From: Alphaproteobacteria bacterium
GTDB taxonomy: Bacteria; Pseudomonadota; Alphaproteobacteria; JANQMY01
Reading direction: 5' to 3'
NCBI GenBank assembly: GCA_965228775.1
Contig: OZ245840.1
Location: 376,941 to 440,940 of the forward strand
Length of the DNA: 64,000 nt
Translations under genes and position numbers: made by a program
Shown: piece after piece, positions 29,101-38,892 of the stretch
Position numbering within the stretch: position 1 is the stretch's first letter
Layout: the number at the start of each line of letters is the position of its first letter
Notes under the pieces: model-generated
Seen by the model: only the letters and a program-made list of their open reading frames with translations
Told to the model about the DNA's origin: nothing
Database searches by the model: none

Positions 29101-29845
29101 CATCGTTGGTGGACACAAAGTGTATCTTCGCACGGGTGAATACGAAGAAGGTGAGCTAGGCGAGATCTTCATCGATATGCACAAGGAAGGTGCTGCCTTC
29201 CGCAGTCTGATGAACAACTTTGCCATCGCCATATCCATCGGCCTCCAATATGGCGTGCCGCTGGAAGAATTCGTGGAAGCCTTTACGTTCACGCGCTTCG
29301 AACCGGCTGGCCTCGTTCAGGGCAACGACACGATCAAAAATGCCACGTCCATCCTGGATTATGTTTTCCGCGAACTCGCTGTGAGCTATCTGGGCCGTGA
29401 CGACCTTGCCCATGTGGAACCGGACGAAATCAGGCTGGACGCCATGGGCACGGGCGAAGACGAAGGCAGATTGCCGGAAGACGACGCCGCAGCAGCGGTC
29501 GAGAACGTGGTCCGGCGCTTCGCCTCTAATGGCTACATGCGCAGTTCGCTTGTCTTGATGAATGGCGGCGCTGAAGCCCAGGAGACAGCTACGGCATCTG
29601 CAGAAGTCGGCGCGATGGCAGTTGGGTCGGACGTCGCTGCCGCAGAACCCGTGAGCTACGAAGTCTCCGCCCATTTCGACGGCGCTGTCGTACAGGACCA
29701 AGATACGGCAATGGCTCTGCGCCAGGCGGCCCGTATGAAGGGGTACGAAGGTGATCCATGTGGTGAATGCGGCAACTTCACGCTGGTACGGAACGGCACC
29801 TGCATGAAGTGCGACACCTGCGGATCGACAAGCGGGTGTTCATAA
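26165..29845 (+). CDS. nrdJ: adenosylcobalamin-dependent (class II) ribonucleotide reductase, long alphaproteobacterial form
   Basis: 1226 aa. Motifs: [23 protein letters not shown]; the active-site region [22 protein letters not shown]; a TSCPD-like domain ([22 protein letters not shown]); and a C-terminal Cys cluster, [28 protein letters not shown]. The catalytic core is contiguous, so there is no intein. Confidence 0.96.
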   Translation: MRFSRRFTEDGLSPYDGLEFKKTNSEIRNPDGSLVFKLDDIEVPSSWSQVAADILAQKYFRKAGVASKLKPVAESSVPEWLWRHVPEEGSDVTYGSETSAQQVFDRLAGTWTYWGWKGNYFESEEDARIFFDELRYMLATQRAAPNSPQWFNTGLHWAYGIDGPAQGHHYVHHATGRLVQSESAYEHPQPHACFIQSVQDDLVNDGGIMDLWVREARLFKYGSGTGTNFSDIRGVNEPLSGGGKSSGLMSFLKIGDRAAGAIKSGGTTRRAAKMVVVDVDHPDIEDFVEWKVIEEQKVAALVTGSKVAEKHLSAVMRACVNCEGDGDDCFDPKMNPALKREIKAARKAMVPENYIGRVIQFAKQGYTSLEFPTYDTDWDSDAYLTVAGQNSNNSIRVTDEFLQSVEAGKEWALKRRTDGAVAKTVNAKELWEKVGYAAWACADPGIQFHTTINDWHTCPSGGDIRASNPCSEYMFLDNTACNLASLNLLAFRKDDKSFDADGFEHAVRMWTLVLEISVMMAQFPSKEIAELSYKYRTLGLGFANIGGLLMSSGLSYDSHEGRSLCAAITALMTGTCYATSAEIAQRLDAFPEYWHNDDAMLRVMRNHRRAAYGETNGYEGLNTLPVPLDLDTCPDQDLVMRARTAWDRALALGEKHGFRNAQTTVIAPTGTIGLVMDCDTTGIEPDFALVKYKKLAGGGYFKIINRVVPDALNTLGYTSDQANEIIDYAVGHGTLENAPGVNHQALLAKGFTPDLIEKIEGSLATTFDVRYAFTRYSLEDEFCQSVLGLSEEQLADPTLDILSAIGFSKDDIEAANLYCCGSMTLEGAPHLKDEHLPVFDCANPCGRLGKRYLSVESHIRMMAAAQPFISGAISKTINMPGDATVEDCMQSYMLSWQLGIKANALYRDGSKLSQPLNSSLLSADDEDEDDLLDQVAADQPAAARAQVITERIVERIVERDREQARRKLPGRRKGYTQKAIVGGHKVYLRTGEYEEGELGEIFIDMHKEGAAFRSLMNNFAIAISIGLQYGVPLEEFVEAFTFTRFEPAGLVQGNDTIKNATSILDYVFRELAVSYLGRDDLAHVEPDEIRLDAMGTGEDEGRLPEDDAAAAVENVVRRFASNGYMRSSLVLMNGGAEAQETATASAEVGAMAVGSDVAAAEPVSYEVSAHFDGAVVQDQDTAMALRQAARMKGYEGDPCGECGNFTLVRNGTCMKCDTCGSTSGCS

Positions 29846-29870
29846 GCAAAGACTGCTTAGGAACCAATAC

Positions 29871-29898
29871 AAAGGGGCCGACTTCGGCCCCTTTTTTG
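29871..29898. terminator. bidirectional intrinsic terminator between nrdJ and the MotB-like gene
   Basis: aaaGGGGCCGacttCGGCCCCtttttt. A 7-bp GC stem (29874-29880 / 29885-29891) with a 4-nt loop is flanked by an A-run and a T-run. Confidence 0.9.
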
Positions 29899-31200
29899 TT
29901 ACCGATTGGTCAGCTTGAATTCAATGCGGCGGTTGCGCCGGAACGCCTCCTCAGTGGCCCCGGCTTCCCGAGGCTGGAATTCGCCAAAGCCAGCAGCCAC
30001 AAGCCGTTTAGGTGGCACACCATAGTTTGTTAGAAAACGAACAACCGCGATGGCGCGTTCCGCTGACAGGTGCCAATTACTTGGAAACCGCGAACTTGAG
30101 ATCGGCTGTTTGTCCGAATGGCCATCCACCCGCAATATCCAGTTAATGTCGTCTGGAATTGATCGGGAGATGTCCCTCATCACGGCAGCGATCTTCTTGA
30201 GGTTCTCTTGCCCCGCCGGTTTAATCTCGGCGGAGCCGGAGTCAAACAAAACCTCCGACTGCAAGATAAAGCGGTCCCCCACGACCTCGATGTCTTCGCG
30301 TTGACCCAAGGCTTCGGCCAACTGAGCGAAAAACTCTGACTGATATTGCGAGATCGCTTGTTCGTTGGCCGCACGGGCTTCTTCCAGCTCTTTCGTCAGA
30401 GAGCTGATTTTCGCTTCATCCTCTGATGCCTTGGCTTGGGCCGCGGTCAATTGTTCTTCCGTGCCCGCAAGACGCACACGCAAGCTCGCGAGTTCATCAT
30501 CGAGCAGCGATAGTTGTGCTTGAGCCTCTTCGCCTTCCTCTTTCTGCTTCGCAGCAGAGGCCTTGAGGGTGTCTAGTTCGGATCCAGCAAGGGCCTTATC
30601 TTTCTCCGCAGCTTCCAACAGGGCCAGCAATCGCGCGATTTCGGCTTTCTGATCTTCACCACTGGTGATTTCAGCTTCCAACGATGCCTTGAGGCCATCT
30701 ATCTCTGCAGCCGCGGCCGCTTCCTGCTCCTTAAGGGACGCAATGAGCGCGCCCAGGCGTTCTTCCTCGGCTTTTGCGTCTTCCAGCGCTGCATTGGCTT
30801 GAGCTATTTGTTCCTCTAGCGCGGAGATCTGTTGGGCCTGGGTGGCCTTGTCGGTTTCCAGCGTGGCAACGCTCGACTCCAGTTCCTGAGCGCGCGTTTC
30901 CGCTTTTGAGGCCGCATCGCGCGTGGTCGCAAGATCTGTCTCGAGAGACTTTTTGTCTTCTTCAAGGTTTTCTACTTGGCCGGCTCGTTGATCAAGTTCG
31001 GTAGACAAAGTTGTGACTTGGCTCTTTGTCGCTTCAAGTTCCTGCGCCTGCATAAACATCGCTTCCCGCACGAAGAAGCGCGCTGCCGCAAACACCACCA
31101 AAAGAAAGATCATGATCAACAGGAGTGTGGCCAAGGCATCAACGTAGCCAGGCCAAAAGTTGATCGATTCCTGCCGCGCGCGCCGCTGTGTAAAGGCCAT
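29899..31200 (-). CDS. MotB-like stator B-subunit: MotB plug/TM, a ~245-aa coiled coil, and an OmpA/MotB peptidoglycan-binding domain
   Basis: 433 aa. The N-terminus INFWPGYVDALATLLLIMIFLLVVF carries the MotB-type conserved Asp21. Residues ~45-290 are uninterrupted Ala/Glu/Leu/Gln/Lys-rich helical sequence. The C-terminus is FDSGSAEIKPAG...LRVDGHSDKQP...SNWHLSAERAIAVVRFL...GFGEFQP...NRRIEF. Confidence 0.85.
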   Translation of the reverse strand: MAFTQRRARQESINFWPGYVDALATLLLIMIFLLVVFAAARFFVREAMFMQAQELEATKSQVTTLSTELDQRAGQVENLEEDKKSLETDLATTRDAASKAETRAQELESSVATLETDKATQAQQISALEEQIAQANAALEDAKAEEERLGALIASLKEQEAAAAAEIDGLKASLEAEITSGEDQKAEIARLLALLEAAEKDKALAGSELDTLKASAAKQKEEGEEAQAQLSLLDDELASLRVRLAGTEEQLTAAQAKASEDEAKISSLTKELEEARAANEQAISQYQSEFFAQLAEALGQREDIEVVGDRFILQSEVLFDSGSAEIKPAGQENLKKIAAVMRDISRSIPDDINWILRVDGHSDKQPISSSRFPSNWHLSAERAIAVVRFLTNYGVPPKRLVAAGFGEFQPREAGATEEAFRRNRRIEFKLTNR

Positions 31201-31227
31201 CGCGTTTCCCCCCGTCCGCGCCGTTAC

Positions 31228-32019
31228 TTAGTAATCGTCAAACCCGCCCGGACGCGGTGCCCCCAATTCTGAAGCCCGCGATAGATATTCTTCAAAATTA
31301 TTGAAGAAGCGATTCTGCGCCTGCCCCGCCCTAAGGTCCAGGAAGCCCAACACCAATGATCCGGCAAGACCAAGCAATGACGATGAGAAGGCCGTTCCCA
31401 TGCCATTGATCGGTTCGCGAAGATCATCAAGGAACTGCGCAAAGACGGCTTCTGAAGCATCGCCTGCTTGAGCCAGTGCATCGATTGTACCGCCGACAGA
31501 AGACACCGTCTTAAGAAGCCCCCAGAAGGTGCCCAGTAGGCCAAGGAAAATCAGCAGGCCAATCATATAGCGCGTGATCTCGCGCGACTCATCCAGCCTC
31601 GTGCCGACAGAATCCAAAATGGACCGGTATTCGAATGTATCAAACACGATCGGACCGGGCCGCTCGCTAAACAACGCACCGACCGCTGACATTAAGCGTG
31701 GCGCACCGCCTGGATTCGAGACCATGAGGCCAGGCTGGTCGGCATGCCCGAAACGCCAAGAATTCCTGATCCAGCGGGACGCACGCCCGACAGAAAACAC
31801 CTGCCCGAAACTGTAGAGCACCCCTAAGAGCAAGACGCCAACGATGGTGGAGTTAAGGGCCCAGTTGTAAGCAAAAGCCTGAACCAGCACGCCGTCCGCG
31901 CTGGCAATGTCGGCATAGGCCAAGCCGCCGATAAGCACCAAAAACACGGCCATGGAGACCATGTAGTCGAGTACGCCGACGCTGCTAAACCTGCCTTCGC
32001 TATTCGCCATCAAACCCAC
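31228..32019 (-). CDS. MotA/TolQ/ExbB proton-channel family protein (stator A-subunit-like)
   Basis: 263 aa with four hydrophobic segments. The channel signature is YMIGLLIFLGLLGTFWGLL...GTAFSSSLLGLAGSLVLGFLDL. It ends 27 nt upstream of the MotB-like gene. Confidence 0.85.
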   Translation of the reverse strand: MGLMANSEGRFSSVGVLDYMVSMAVFLVLIGGLAYADIASADGVLVQAFAYNWALNSTIVGVLLLGVLYSFGQVFSVGRASRWIRNSWRFGHADQPGLMVSNPGGAPRLMSAVGALFSERPGPIVFDTFEYRSILDSVGTRLDESREITRYMIGLLIFLGLLGTFWGLLKTVSSVGGTIDALAQAGDASEAVFAQFLDDLREPINGMGTAFSSSLLGLAGSLVLGFLDLRAGQAQNRFFNNFEEYLSRASELGAPRPGGFDDY

Positions 32020-32199
32020 CCCTCTTGTGTTTTGGGCAAATTTTGCACCCCTGCTCTGCCCTATAACGCCAGCTTACAACGCTTTGATGTCAGCTCAAAT
32101 GTCAAAAATGGGGCCTTTTGCCCCGAAAATCGAAGCACGCAAAACAAGAAAAACCAGCTAATGTATAGGCTTGGGGATCGTCAAAATGAGGATAGGACG

Positions 32200-32754
32200 A
32201 TGCGGGACATGCTTATCGGCAGCTTTGCTGCTGCTTTAGCGATGTTTATCTGGGGCTTTATTTTCTGGGGCGTGGGGCTGATAGACCCTTTTGCACACAC
32301 ATCGGTTGAATCCCAAGCGACCCTGTCAAAGGCGATCGACGAGAACCTGCCGGAAAACGGGGTCTATTTTATCCCGGACCGCACCCTGGAAGATCCGGAC
32401 GCGTGGGCTGAAACACACAAGAAAGGCCCCATTGTCACGGTCAGCATTCTCAAATCTGGGGCCGACCCAATGGCAACCTCCAAGCTCATCATGGGATTTC
32501 TCCACATGCTTTTCGCCACCGTCTTGCTTGGCACAATCATGATGATCAGCAACCGTCCAAGTTATCTCGAAAGGCTGCAATTGGGAGCGCTGGTGGGCAT
32601 TGGCGGTACAGTGTTCGCCAATCTAACAAGCCCCATATGGTTTGATGCGCCTTGGGGCTACCACCTGACCAATGGCTTTTACCAGCTTGTCGCGTGGTTG
32701 ATTGCGGCGGCGGTGCTCGCCTATTTCGTCCGCCGCAAAACTGCGTTTCTGTAG
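32200..32754 (+). CDS. hypothetical integral membrane protein (about 4 TM)
   Basis: ATG 32200 has an upstream gaggatagga and gives MRDMLIGSFAAALAMFIWGFIFWGV..., about 70 soluble residues, then three more hydrophobic segments. I recognise no family with confidence (possibly DUF1761-like). The first 56 codons of the track ORF look non-coding. Confidence 0.55.
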   Translation: MRDMLIGSFAAALAMFIWGFIFWGVGLIDPFAHTSVESQATLSKAIDENLPENGVYFIPDRTLEDPDAWAETHKKGPIVTVSILKSGADPMATSKLIMGFLHMLFATVLLGTIMMISNRPSYLERLQLGALVGIGGTVFANLTSPIWFDAPWGYHLTNGFYQLVAWLIAAAVLAYFVRRKTAFL

Positions 32755-32772
32755 CGCTCTCAAGAAAGCTGC

Positions 32773-33159
32773 TTAGATAAGCTCGATCGCGATCATGCCC
32801 ATACCGACGACGCCGGCTGCCCAGAGAAGTGGACGGATCATTGGCCAGCCAGCGATATAAACGACGGCGTGAAGCACGCGGGCAAAGAAGAAGATCTGAG
32901 CACCCAACACCGTCATCGGTGTGGATACATTAGCCACATGAGCCACTAGAACGAGACCCGTAAACATCACCATGTTTTCGAGCATGTTATTCCGTAAGCG
33001 GACACACCGTTTGTTGAATGCGCTCGGCTCCGGCAAATCGTCCCGGGAGCCCGCTTGGGCGAGCGCACCGTTTGCCAAAATGGATACTGTCGCCGGCACC
33101 AGAATGAGAGCGAATGTCAGAAGAATGCTGTATACGAGAAATGTAAGTTCAAGCGTCAT
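32773..33159 (-). CDS. MAPEG-family membrane protein (glutathione-transferase-like)
   Basis: 128 aa with 3-4 TM. The central R..N..EN motif region (CVRLRNNMLENMVMFTGLVLV) is typical of bacterial MAPEG proteins. Confidence 0.7.
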   Translation of the reverse strand: MTLELTFLVYSILLTFALILVPATVSILANGALAQAGSRDDLPEPSAFNKRCVRLRNNMLENMVMFTGLVLVAHVANVSTPMTVLGAQIFFFARVLHAVVYIAGWPMIRPLLWAAGVVGMGMIAIELI

Positions 33160-33281
33160 TTCCGTCCCCTACCTTTTTTAGTTTTAGCCCTAGATTCCAA
33201 ACGATCTAGGGTCACAGGAGACTATCAAAAAACACCGCGTACGGAAACTATTGCGAACAGGCAGAGGGCCTTTGCCAGCAG

Positions 33282-33662
33282 TTACTCCTTGCTCCGATGG
33301 GCTAAAGAAGCCGCATTCTGCTCCCAATTTTGACCATCAAAGGGAATAATCTTCATCGACCGAGGCTGTGTATCAAGGCACCGGGCATTTACACTTATGC
33401 CGTCCGGATTGGAGCGCGGCACATAGAACGGCCTTATGCCGCATCTGCTGCAAAACATATGGTCGGCCACGCCTGTATTGAAGCGATAGTGCGTGAGCTG
33501 ATCTTCACCTTTAAGGATTTTAAACTTGGATTTTGGGACAATCAGATGCAGCAGGCCGGATTTGGCGCAAATCGAACAATTGCAATCATCGATTTCCAGG
33601 TCCTCCGGCGCTTCGACTTCGAATACCACATCGCCGCAGTGACAACTCCCACGATAAATCAT
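33282..33662 (-). CDS. GFA-family protein (glutathione-dependent formaldehyde-activating / CENP-V-like Zn-binding)
   Basis: 126 aa. The Cys pattern GSCHCGDV...CNCSIC...FCSRCG is characteristic of the GFA fold. Confidence 0.88.
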   Translation of the reverse strand: MIYRGSCHCGDVVFEVEAPEDLEIDDCNCSICAKSGLLHLIVPKSKFKILKGEDQLTHYRFNTGVADHMFCSRCGIRPFYVPRSNPDGISVNARCLDTQPRSMKIIPFDGQNWEQNAASLAHRSKE

Positions 33663-33717
33663 GAGATCCTCACACAGTTGCGCAGCTCAAATCGAACTGC
33701 GCATTTGTCTTCCACAT

Positions 33718-34089
33718 TCAGACGGAAGCATAAACCAGGAAGCCGCCAAAGGCTGCCCCAAACACAAAGGCTGCACGTAGTGTCATGGCCGATGCATTCG
33801 AGAAGTATTCTATCAGCCGATTGAGCCGCTCTTCACCCATCAGGTAAATACCGGCCGCTGCCAATAGTGCGATTACGCCGAGAGCAAACACGATGGTCGG
33901 AAACGGCGTAGAGGACGCGGCAACAATAAGAGCCACGCCAAGCAAGATGCGAATGGCAACCGCGAACTCCATTCCGAACCGGCTGGTCCCGACACGGCGT
34001 GCAACGCCGACAACAGCCTGCGGCTGGTACAGCCCCCACAGACTCATTACCGCAATGAGAACGCCAAAAACCGAGATGATAGCCAACAT
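33718..34089 (-). CDS. hypothetical small integral membrane protein (4 TM)
   Basis: 123 aa, almost entirely hydrophobic helices (MLAIISVFGVLIAVMSLWGL..., FAVAIRILLGVALIVAA..., IVFALGVIALLAAAGIYL..., AAFVFGAAFGGFLVY). No family recognised. Confidence 0.5.
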   Translation of the reverse strand: MLAIISVFGVLIAVMSLWGLYQPQAVVGVARRVGTSRFGMEFAVAIRILLGVALIVAASSTPFPTIVFALGVIALLAAAGIYLMGEERLNRLIEYFSNASAMTLRAAFVFGAAFGGFLVYASV

Positions 34090-34175
34090 GGGTCAACCTC
34101 CATCAATGAAAGACGTTATCCTCAATAGATGGGGTTACCGCGTGATCCGCGCAAGGACCACGCCACAATGCAGCC

Positions 34176-35972
34176 TTAATTGCCGGACTGGCTTTTCGGC
34201 TCCTCCGGCAAAGCCAGACGCAAATGAACTTCGCGTAGATTGTGGTTCGGTACCGTGTTCGGGGCGTTCATCATCAGGTCTTCCGCCTGCTGATTCATCG
34301 GGAACATGGTGACTTCGCGCAAGTTCTCCTCGCCCGCCAGAAGCATCACAATGCGATCCACGCCCGGTGCAAATCCACCATGCGGCGGGGCGCCGTAACG
34401 GAACGCATTTAACATGCCGCGAAACTCTTCTTCCACGGTGCTTGCTTCGTACCCGGCGATTTCAAACGCCTTCAACATGATTTCCGGCAAGTGGTTCCGG
34501 ATGGCGCCCGAGGAAAGTTCAACCCCATTGCACACAATGTCATACTGGTAGGCCAGAATATCGAGCGGGTCTTTTGTCTCCAAAGCTTCCATGCCGCCTT
34601 GAGGCATTGAGAACGGGTTATGGCTGAAGTCGATCTTTTTGTCCGTCTCGTTGTATTCGAACATGGGAAAGTCAACGATCCAGCAGAAGCGGAATGTGTC
34701 TTTCTCGCAAAGGTCCAATTCATCCCCCACACGCAGGCGCGCGTTGCCCGCGAAGGCGGCAAAGGTCTTTGGATTACCGGCCACGAAAAAGACAGCATCG
34801 CCGTCCTTCAAACCAAGCTGATCGCGCAGCGCGATCGTACGTTCTTCGCCGATATTTTTGGCGACTGGTCCCGCGCCCTCACCGTCGCGGAAGAAGATGT
34901 AGCCAAGGCCCGGCTGCCCTTCTGACTGTGCCCAGGAATTCATCCGGTCACAGAAGGCACGGCTGCCACCCGTCGGTGCGGGGATTGCCCATACTTGCGC
35001 GGTCGTGTCCTTCTCCAGCATGTTCGCGAAAACCTTAAATCCGGAACCGCGGAAGGTTTCACTTACGTCCCTCATCTCGATAGGGTTACGCAAATCAGGC
35101 TTGTCCGAACCGTATTTAGACATTGCTTCCGCATACGGAATACGTGGGAACGGCGCGGGTGACACTTTCCGCTCCCCGGCAAACTCCTCGAATAGATCGT
35201 GCAGCACCGGTTCCATGGTCTGGAACACATCTTCTTGTGTGACGTAACTCATCTCCAAGTCGAGCTGATAGAATTCACCGGGGCTGCGGTCGGCCCGCGC
35301 GTCCTCGTCCCGAAAGCAAGGGGCGATCTGAAAATATCTGTCGAACCCAGCCACCATAATGAGCTGCTTGAACTGTTGTGGTGCTTGAGGCAGTGCGTAG
35401 AACTTGCCCGGATGCAGACGGCTGGGCACGAGGAAGTCGCGCGCGCCCTCAGGGCTTGAAGCTGTAAGGATCGGCGTTTGGAACTCCATGAAACCGGCAT
35501 CAGTCATGCGCCGCCGGATCGATGAAATCACCTTCGAGCGCAGCACGATGTTGTTGTGCAAGCGCTCCCGGCGCAGATCCAGGAAGCGGTATCTAAGGCG
35601 CGTTTCTTCCGGATATTCCTGATCGCCAAAGACAGGCAGCGGCAGATCGTCTGCCGCCGACTGAAGCGTCCATTCTTGAATGCGGATTTCGACATGCCCG
35701 GTGGGCAGGTCCGTATTGACGGTCTCTTCCGAACGGGCGACCACGGAGCCGGTCACTGTAATCACGCTTTCTGCGCGCACACTTTCAATGGCGCTGAAGA
35801 TTTCATTGTCCGGCTCAATCACACACTGGGTGATGCCGTAGTGATCGCGCAGATCGATAAAGAGCAGCCCGCCATGATCCCGCTTGCGGTGCACCCAGCC
35901 GGAAAGACGTACAGTTTCGCCAACATGATCAGCGCGCAATTCGCCGCATGTATGGGTCCGATAGGCATGCAT
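34176..35972 (-). CDS. aspS: aspartate--tRNA ligase
   Basis: ATG 35972 gives [46 protein letters not shown]. Class II motifs are present ([25 protein letters not shown]). The track ORF is 22 codons longer. Confidence 0.97.
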   Translation of the reverse strand: MHAYRTHTCGELRADHVGETVRLSGWVHRKRDHGGLLFIDLRDHYGITQCVIEPDNEIFSAIESVRAESVITVTGSVVARSEETVNTDLPTGHVEIRIQEWTLQSAADDLPLPVFGDQEYPEETRLRYRFLDLRRERLHNNIVLRSKVISSIRRRMTDAGFMEFQTPILTASSPEGARDFLVPSRLHPGKFYALPQAPQQFKQLIMVAGFDRYFQIAPCFRDEDARADRSPGEFYQLDLEMSYVTQEDVFQTMEPVLHDLFEEFAGERKVSPAPFPRIPYAEAMSKYGSDKPDLRNPIEMRDVSETFRGSGFKVFANMLEKDTTAQVWAIPAPTGGSRAFCDRMNSWAQSEGQPGLGYIFFRDGEGAGPVAKNIGEERTIALRDQLGLKDGDAVFFVAGNPKTFAAFAGNARLRVGDELDLCEKDTFRFCWIVDFPMFEYNETDKKIDFSHNPFSMPQGGMEALETKDPLDILAYQYDIVCNGVELSSGAIRNHLPEIMLKAFEIAGYEASTVEEEFRGMLNAFRYGAPPHGGFAPGVDRIVMLLAGEENLREVTMFPMNQQAEDLMMNAPNTVPNHNLREVHLRLALPEEPKSQSGN

Positions 35973-36097
35973 CGTTAAGGATCCTCGTAAGATATGGGCC
36001 GATTTGTGGAGGTGGACTGTCCGGCCGAAGAAGCACACAGATTCTCAATCGCTGTCAAGCGCGACAGAGCATGCCTGATAGGCTATAGCTCACCCGT

Positions 36098-37288
36098 ATG
36101 CAAATCATTACTACCACCAAAGACCTCAAGGAAATCTGCAAAAAACTGGGCCGGGCCGACTTCATTACCGTCGACACAGAATTCATGCGCGATTCGACCT
36201 ATTGGCCGAAATTGTGCCTGATTCAAATAGCCGGACCGGAAGACGAAATCATCGTCGATCCGCTGGCCGAAAAGATCGACCTTGCGCCCTTTCTGCAGCT
36301 GATGGGCAACCCGAAAGTTAAGAAAGTCTTCCACGCTGCCCGTCAGGACATCGAAATCTTCTATCATTTGGGGGAGGTCATCCCCACGCCGCTGTTCGAC
36401 ACCCAGGTTGCCGCCATGGTGTGCGGCTTTGGCGATGCAGTGAGTTATGAGAACCTCATCAAGCGCACGCTAAAGGTTCAGGTGGACAAATCGTCCCGTT
36501 TTACAGACTGGGCCCGGCGCCCGCTGACGGAGAAGCAGTTGGCCTATGCCATGGCGGATGTCACTCATCTGCGCGGCGCTTACGAGGCCGTTTTCGATCA
36601 AATCCAGAAATCCGACCGGGAGGCTTGGGTCGATGAGGAAATGGCGATCCTCGCCAATCCCAGTACCTATAACCTGGCGCCTCAAGATGCTTGGAAGCGA
36701 TTGAAGGCCCGGCATAATGGCCGGCGGGCTGCGGCGGTCCTACAAAAGGTGGCGGCTTGGCGGGAAGCGGAAGCCCAAGAACGCGATTTGCCCCGTGGCC
36801 GAATTCTAAAAGACGACGCTCTATACGAGATCGCCAATCAGGCCCCCAAAAACAAATCCGAGCTCGATTCACTTCGGGCGGTACCGAAAGGGTTTGCAAA
36901 TTCAAAGGCAGCGCAATCACTCTTGGCGGCCGTCAAAGCCGGCCTTGATATTCCCAAGGATGAATTGCCAACCCTGGCCAAGCCAAAGCCCACACCGCCA
37001 GGGCTGACACCGGTGGTCGAGCTGCTTAAGGTCTTGCTCAAAATGAAATGCGAAGAGCATAAGGTGGCCCAAAAGCTCGTGGCGAATGTGAGCGATCTTG
37101 AATTGCTGGCAGCGGATGATGATGCCCCCATCATGGCCCTCAAAGGCTGGCGGCGTGAGCTCTTCGGCGATATGGCCCTTGCTTTGAAGCATGGGGAAAT
37201 CAGCCTGGGGCTTAATGGCCGGCGGGTGGTGAGCCTCAAACGGAAAAAAGCTGCACCGAAAGAAACAACAGCCAAAAAACCAGACTAG
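36098..37288 (+). CDS. rnd: ribonuclease D
   Basis: 396 aa. The DEDD exonuclease motifs are [20 protein letters not shown] and YAMADVTHL, followed by an HRDC-like region. Confidence 0.93.
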   Translation: MQIITTTKDLKEICKKLGRADFITVDTEFMRDSTYWPKLCLIQIAGPEDEIIVDPLAEKIDLAPFLQLMGNPKVKKVFHAARQDIEIFYHLGEVIPTPLFDTQVAAMVCGFGDAVSYENLIKRTLKVQVDKSSRFTDWARRPLTEKQLAYAMADVTHLRGAYEAVFDQIQKSDREAWVDEEMAILANPSTYNLAPQDAWKRLKARHNGRRAAAVLQKVAAWREAEAQERDLPRGRILKDDALYEIANQAPKNKSELDSLRAVPKGFANSKAAQSLLAAVKAGLDIPKDELPTLAKPKPTPPGLTPVVELLKVLLKMKCEEHKVAQKLVANVSDLELLAADDDAPIMALKGWRRELFGDMALALKHGEISLGLNGRRVVSLKRKKAAPKETTAKKPD

Positions 37289-37345
37289 CTCAATATTTTG
37301 AGCGGGGTCGGACGGAAAACCGCGTACACTTTTCCCGATCCCGTT

Positions 37346-38881
37346 TTAAGCCTGGCTCGCTTTCTGTGTCGTGGCGACGGGTTCAATTTCGACCACTGTC
37401 TCAAGTCCAAAAACGCGCCCGAGTGCCGCGAGCCGCTTTCGAGCCGTATCCCCCATCATCAACTCTTGAGCGTCCTCAGGCAGTGAGACCACGATCTTTT
37501 CAGCCGACATTTTGAGGCTGCCCTGAGACAGAAACGCGGAAACACCGCCGCAAATGGTGTGGGCAAAACGTAACGCAACGCCAATCTGCCGGGCCCAGAG
37601 ATGTTCTTCCTCGTCCAGCAGTTCCGTCACTTCGTTTAGACGAATGTCTTGATCACCGGTGTAACGCACCATAACAGCACGCGCGATCATCGTGCGTTCC
37701 CTGTGGTCCACCCCCGTCAACGGCATGCGCAAAACTTCGTAGTAGGAATGAATGCCCCGGTAATCCGGATGTCCGCGCCATCCAATGTCCGACAAAAGCG
37801 CGGCTGCTTTCCCCAGCCGTTGCCTGTCCGGATCGTCAACTTCGAACAGATCGGCGATCCATTCTCCGAGCGATGCGTTGACATTGGGATTGCGGGACAG
37901 GCGCTGCGAATAGGCATGGCACGCATCTAATAGCGGATCGTCCCGGCGCGCATCGTCCGGTAACAGATTGAAGATCAAGCCTTCCCTCAAGCCGAAGGCC
38001 GACACCACAACTTCTTTGGCTTTGGTCGCCTTTATCAGCTCACTCAGAACAATCGACCCGTATGGCAGCGCGTCAATGCGCCGTTTGGACAGGCCTTCAA
38101 TCCTCTCCAAGGTCTTGCGGCCGAGATGAGCCAGAACACCAGACAAATCTTGCGCGCGCCCATTCGGAATTGCGTAGTGGTGCAAGATGTGAAGCGGATA
38201 CCGCTCCTGCGCCATGTCAATTCTTGCCAAAGACCGCCACGTCCCGCCCACAGCATAAAGCGTCGTCCCCTCATGCTCCGAGAGCCACGGTGACTTGGCA
38301 AACGTTTCAGCAGCAATCGCCCGAGCCTTTTCGATATCACCCTGAGCCGCGTCCATCAGGCGCAGCGGTCCCAGCGGCACAGTGACACCCGCCCCCACTT
38401 GACCGTCTGCGACCTCACACAACTCCAAGCTGCCGCCGCCCAAATCGCCCACAATGCCAGATGCCTTGGGTATGGCGGAAAGAACGCCTTCCGCCGCCAG
38501 TATCGCTTCTTCCTTGCCGGACAACACACGAATCTCGTGGCCCAGATGTTCGGCGGCCTTATGAACGAATTGGCGCCCGTTTTCTGCATCCCGAACAGCG
38601 GCGGTGGCGACGGCGAATACGCGCACATTTTCAACCGACGCCAAAATCATCCGGAAGCGTCCCAGCGCATCCAACGCGCCTTCCATGCCCTTTTCATTGA
38701 GCTTGCCCGTGGTCACCAGCCCGCGGCCAATACCGCACATGGCCTTCTCATTAAAGACCGGAACCGGGCTTCTTGCGAGCGACTCGTAAACAATGAGACG
38801 TACGGAGTTCGACCCGATATCGATCACGCCGACGGGCTCGTTACCGAGCTGGACCCGCCGTCTCATATTCTGGAATGGCAT
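37346..38881 (-). CDS. ppx: exopolyphosphatase (Ppx/GppA family)
   Basis: 511 aa. GVIDIGSNSVRLIVYE..., DLGGGSLEL..., an HD-like C-terminal domain. It lies 11 nt downstream of ppk. Confidence 0.92.
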   Translation of the reverse strand: MPFQNMRRRVQLGNEPVGVIDIGSNSVRLIVYESLARSPVPVFNEKAMCGIGRGLVTTGKLNEKGMEGALDALGRFRMILASVENVRVFAVATAAVRDAENGRQFVHKAAEHLGHEIRVLSGKEEAILAAEGVLSAIPKASGIVGDLGGGSLELCEVADGQVGAGVTVPLGPLRLMDAAQGDIEKARAIAAETFAKSPWLSEHEGTTLYAVGGTWRSLARIDMAQERYPLHILHHYAIPNGRAQDLSGVLAHLGRKTLERIEGLSKRRIDALPYGSIVLSELIKATKAKEVVVSAFGLREGLIFNLLPDDARRDDPLLDACHAYSQRLSRNPNVNASLGEWIADLFEVDDPDRQRLGKAAALLSDIGWRGHPDYRGIHSYYEVLRMPLTGVDHRERTMIARAVMVRYTGDQDIRLNEVTELLDEEEHLWARQIGVALRFAHTICGGVSAFLSQGSLKMSAEKIVVSLPEDAQELMMGDTARKRLAALGRVFGLETVVEIEPVATTQKASQA

Positions 38882-38892
38882 GAACTGCCCTA

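Noticed and set aside
32032-32199. N-terminal extensions of track ORFs here and at 20879-20950, 24461-24601, 35973-36038, 45014-45190, 46280-46468 and 50299-50355
   Set aside because: In each case the conserved protein N-terminus, a signal peptide or an SD-preceded internal start shows the first-start ORF is too long. Several of the extensions would also overlap neighbouring genes.
37288-37303. GCTCAAtattTTGAGC hairpin between rnd and ppx
   Set aside because: It is a 6-bp AT-rich stem with no T-run, too weak to call a terminator.
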